Source of the DNA: Opitutus sp. GAS368
GTDB lineage: Bacteria > Verrucomicrobiota > Verrucomicrobiia > Opitutales > Opitutaceae
DNA: 25,962 bases
Direction: 5' to 3'
NCBI GenBank assembly: GCA_945861645.1
Contig: CAMAVZ010000027.1
Location: forward strand, 1 to 25,962
Shown here: piece after piece, positions 25,798-25,962 of the stretch
Position numbering within the stretch: position 1 is the stretch's first letter
Layout: each line of letters starts with the position of its first letter
The notes under the pieces: model-generated
What the model was told of the DNA's origin: nothing
Databases searched by the model: none
The model's input: the letters and a program-made list of their open reading frames with translations, nothing else
Program-made: the position numbers and the translations under genes

Positions 25798-25962
25798 TCA
25801 AGCGCGGCGCGGCAGGGCGCGCAGCCACGTCGTGAAATCGGTGGCGTACTCTGGCCACGTTTTCAGGTGGCGGGCGCGGGCCTGAGCTGCGAGCTGCACA
25901 ACTTCGGCTGGATTTTTAATCAATCGGCCTAACGTTGCGGCGAGATTATGGGCATCGACTGA
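25798..25962 (-). CDS. C-terminal fragment of a GT4-type glycosyltransferase, truncated by the window edge and absent from the ORF track
   Basis: Manual translation gives SVDAHNLAATLGRLIKNPAEVVQLAAQARARHLKTWPEYATDFTTWLRALPRRA*. This parallels the C-terminus of 23486..24538 (QVNHHSDWQKQLRGLLTNEADYQRLQTEAMARPLPRWADTARTL). Confidence 0.7.
   Translation of the reverse strand, partial: SVDAHNLAATLGRLIKNPAEVVQLAAQARARHLKTWPEYATDFTTWLRALPRRA

Noticed and set aside
1-25962. CRISPR arrays, tRNA/rRNA genes, IS elements, prophage or defence genes
   Set aside because: No periodic repeats, RNA-gene signatures, or transposase, integrase or nuclease ORFs were seen by eye.

Overview
Gene-dense bacterial chromosomal window of moderately high GC, with no rRNA, tRNA, CRISPR array or mobile element visible. 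A PVC-superphylum origin, probably Verrucomicrobiota/Opitutales, is inferred from the long GreA, gene content and absence of Shine-Dalgarno sites; this is unverified. The left ~15.8 kb is mostly housekeeping: an ArsR-methyltransferase regulator, long greA, rsmB, a double aspartyl protease-PDZ lipoprotein, glyA, an LMW phosphatase, purD, an FKBP, threonine aldolase, aroK and queG. It also holds two odd proteins. One is a LOG-family nucleotidase carrying two degenerate dCTP-deaminase-like repeats that seem to split the catalytic motifs between them. The other is an S41-protease-like protein with no visible catalytic motifs. The right ~10 kb (15841 to the window end, continuing beyond it) is the best candidate for an undescribed system. 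It is a lipid cluster with a thioesterase, an ACP-FabZ fusion, a FabB-like ketosynthase, an SDR, a serine-palmitoyltransferase-like alpha-oxoamine synthase and five glycosyltransferases (one GT28; four GT4-type, one cut by the window edge). This fits a dedicated glycosphingolipid or glyco-aminolipid pathway. All family calls come from motif recognition by eye; no database searches were run.
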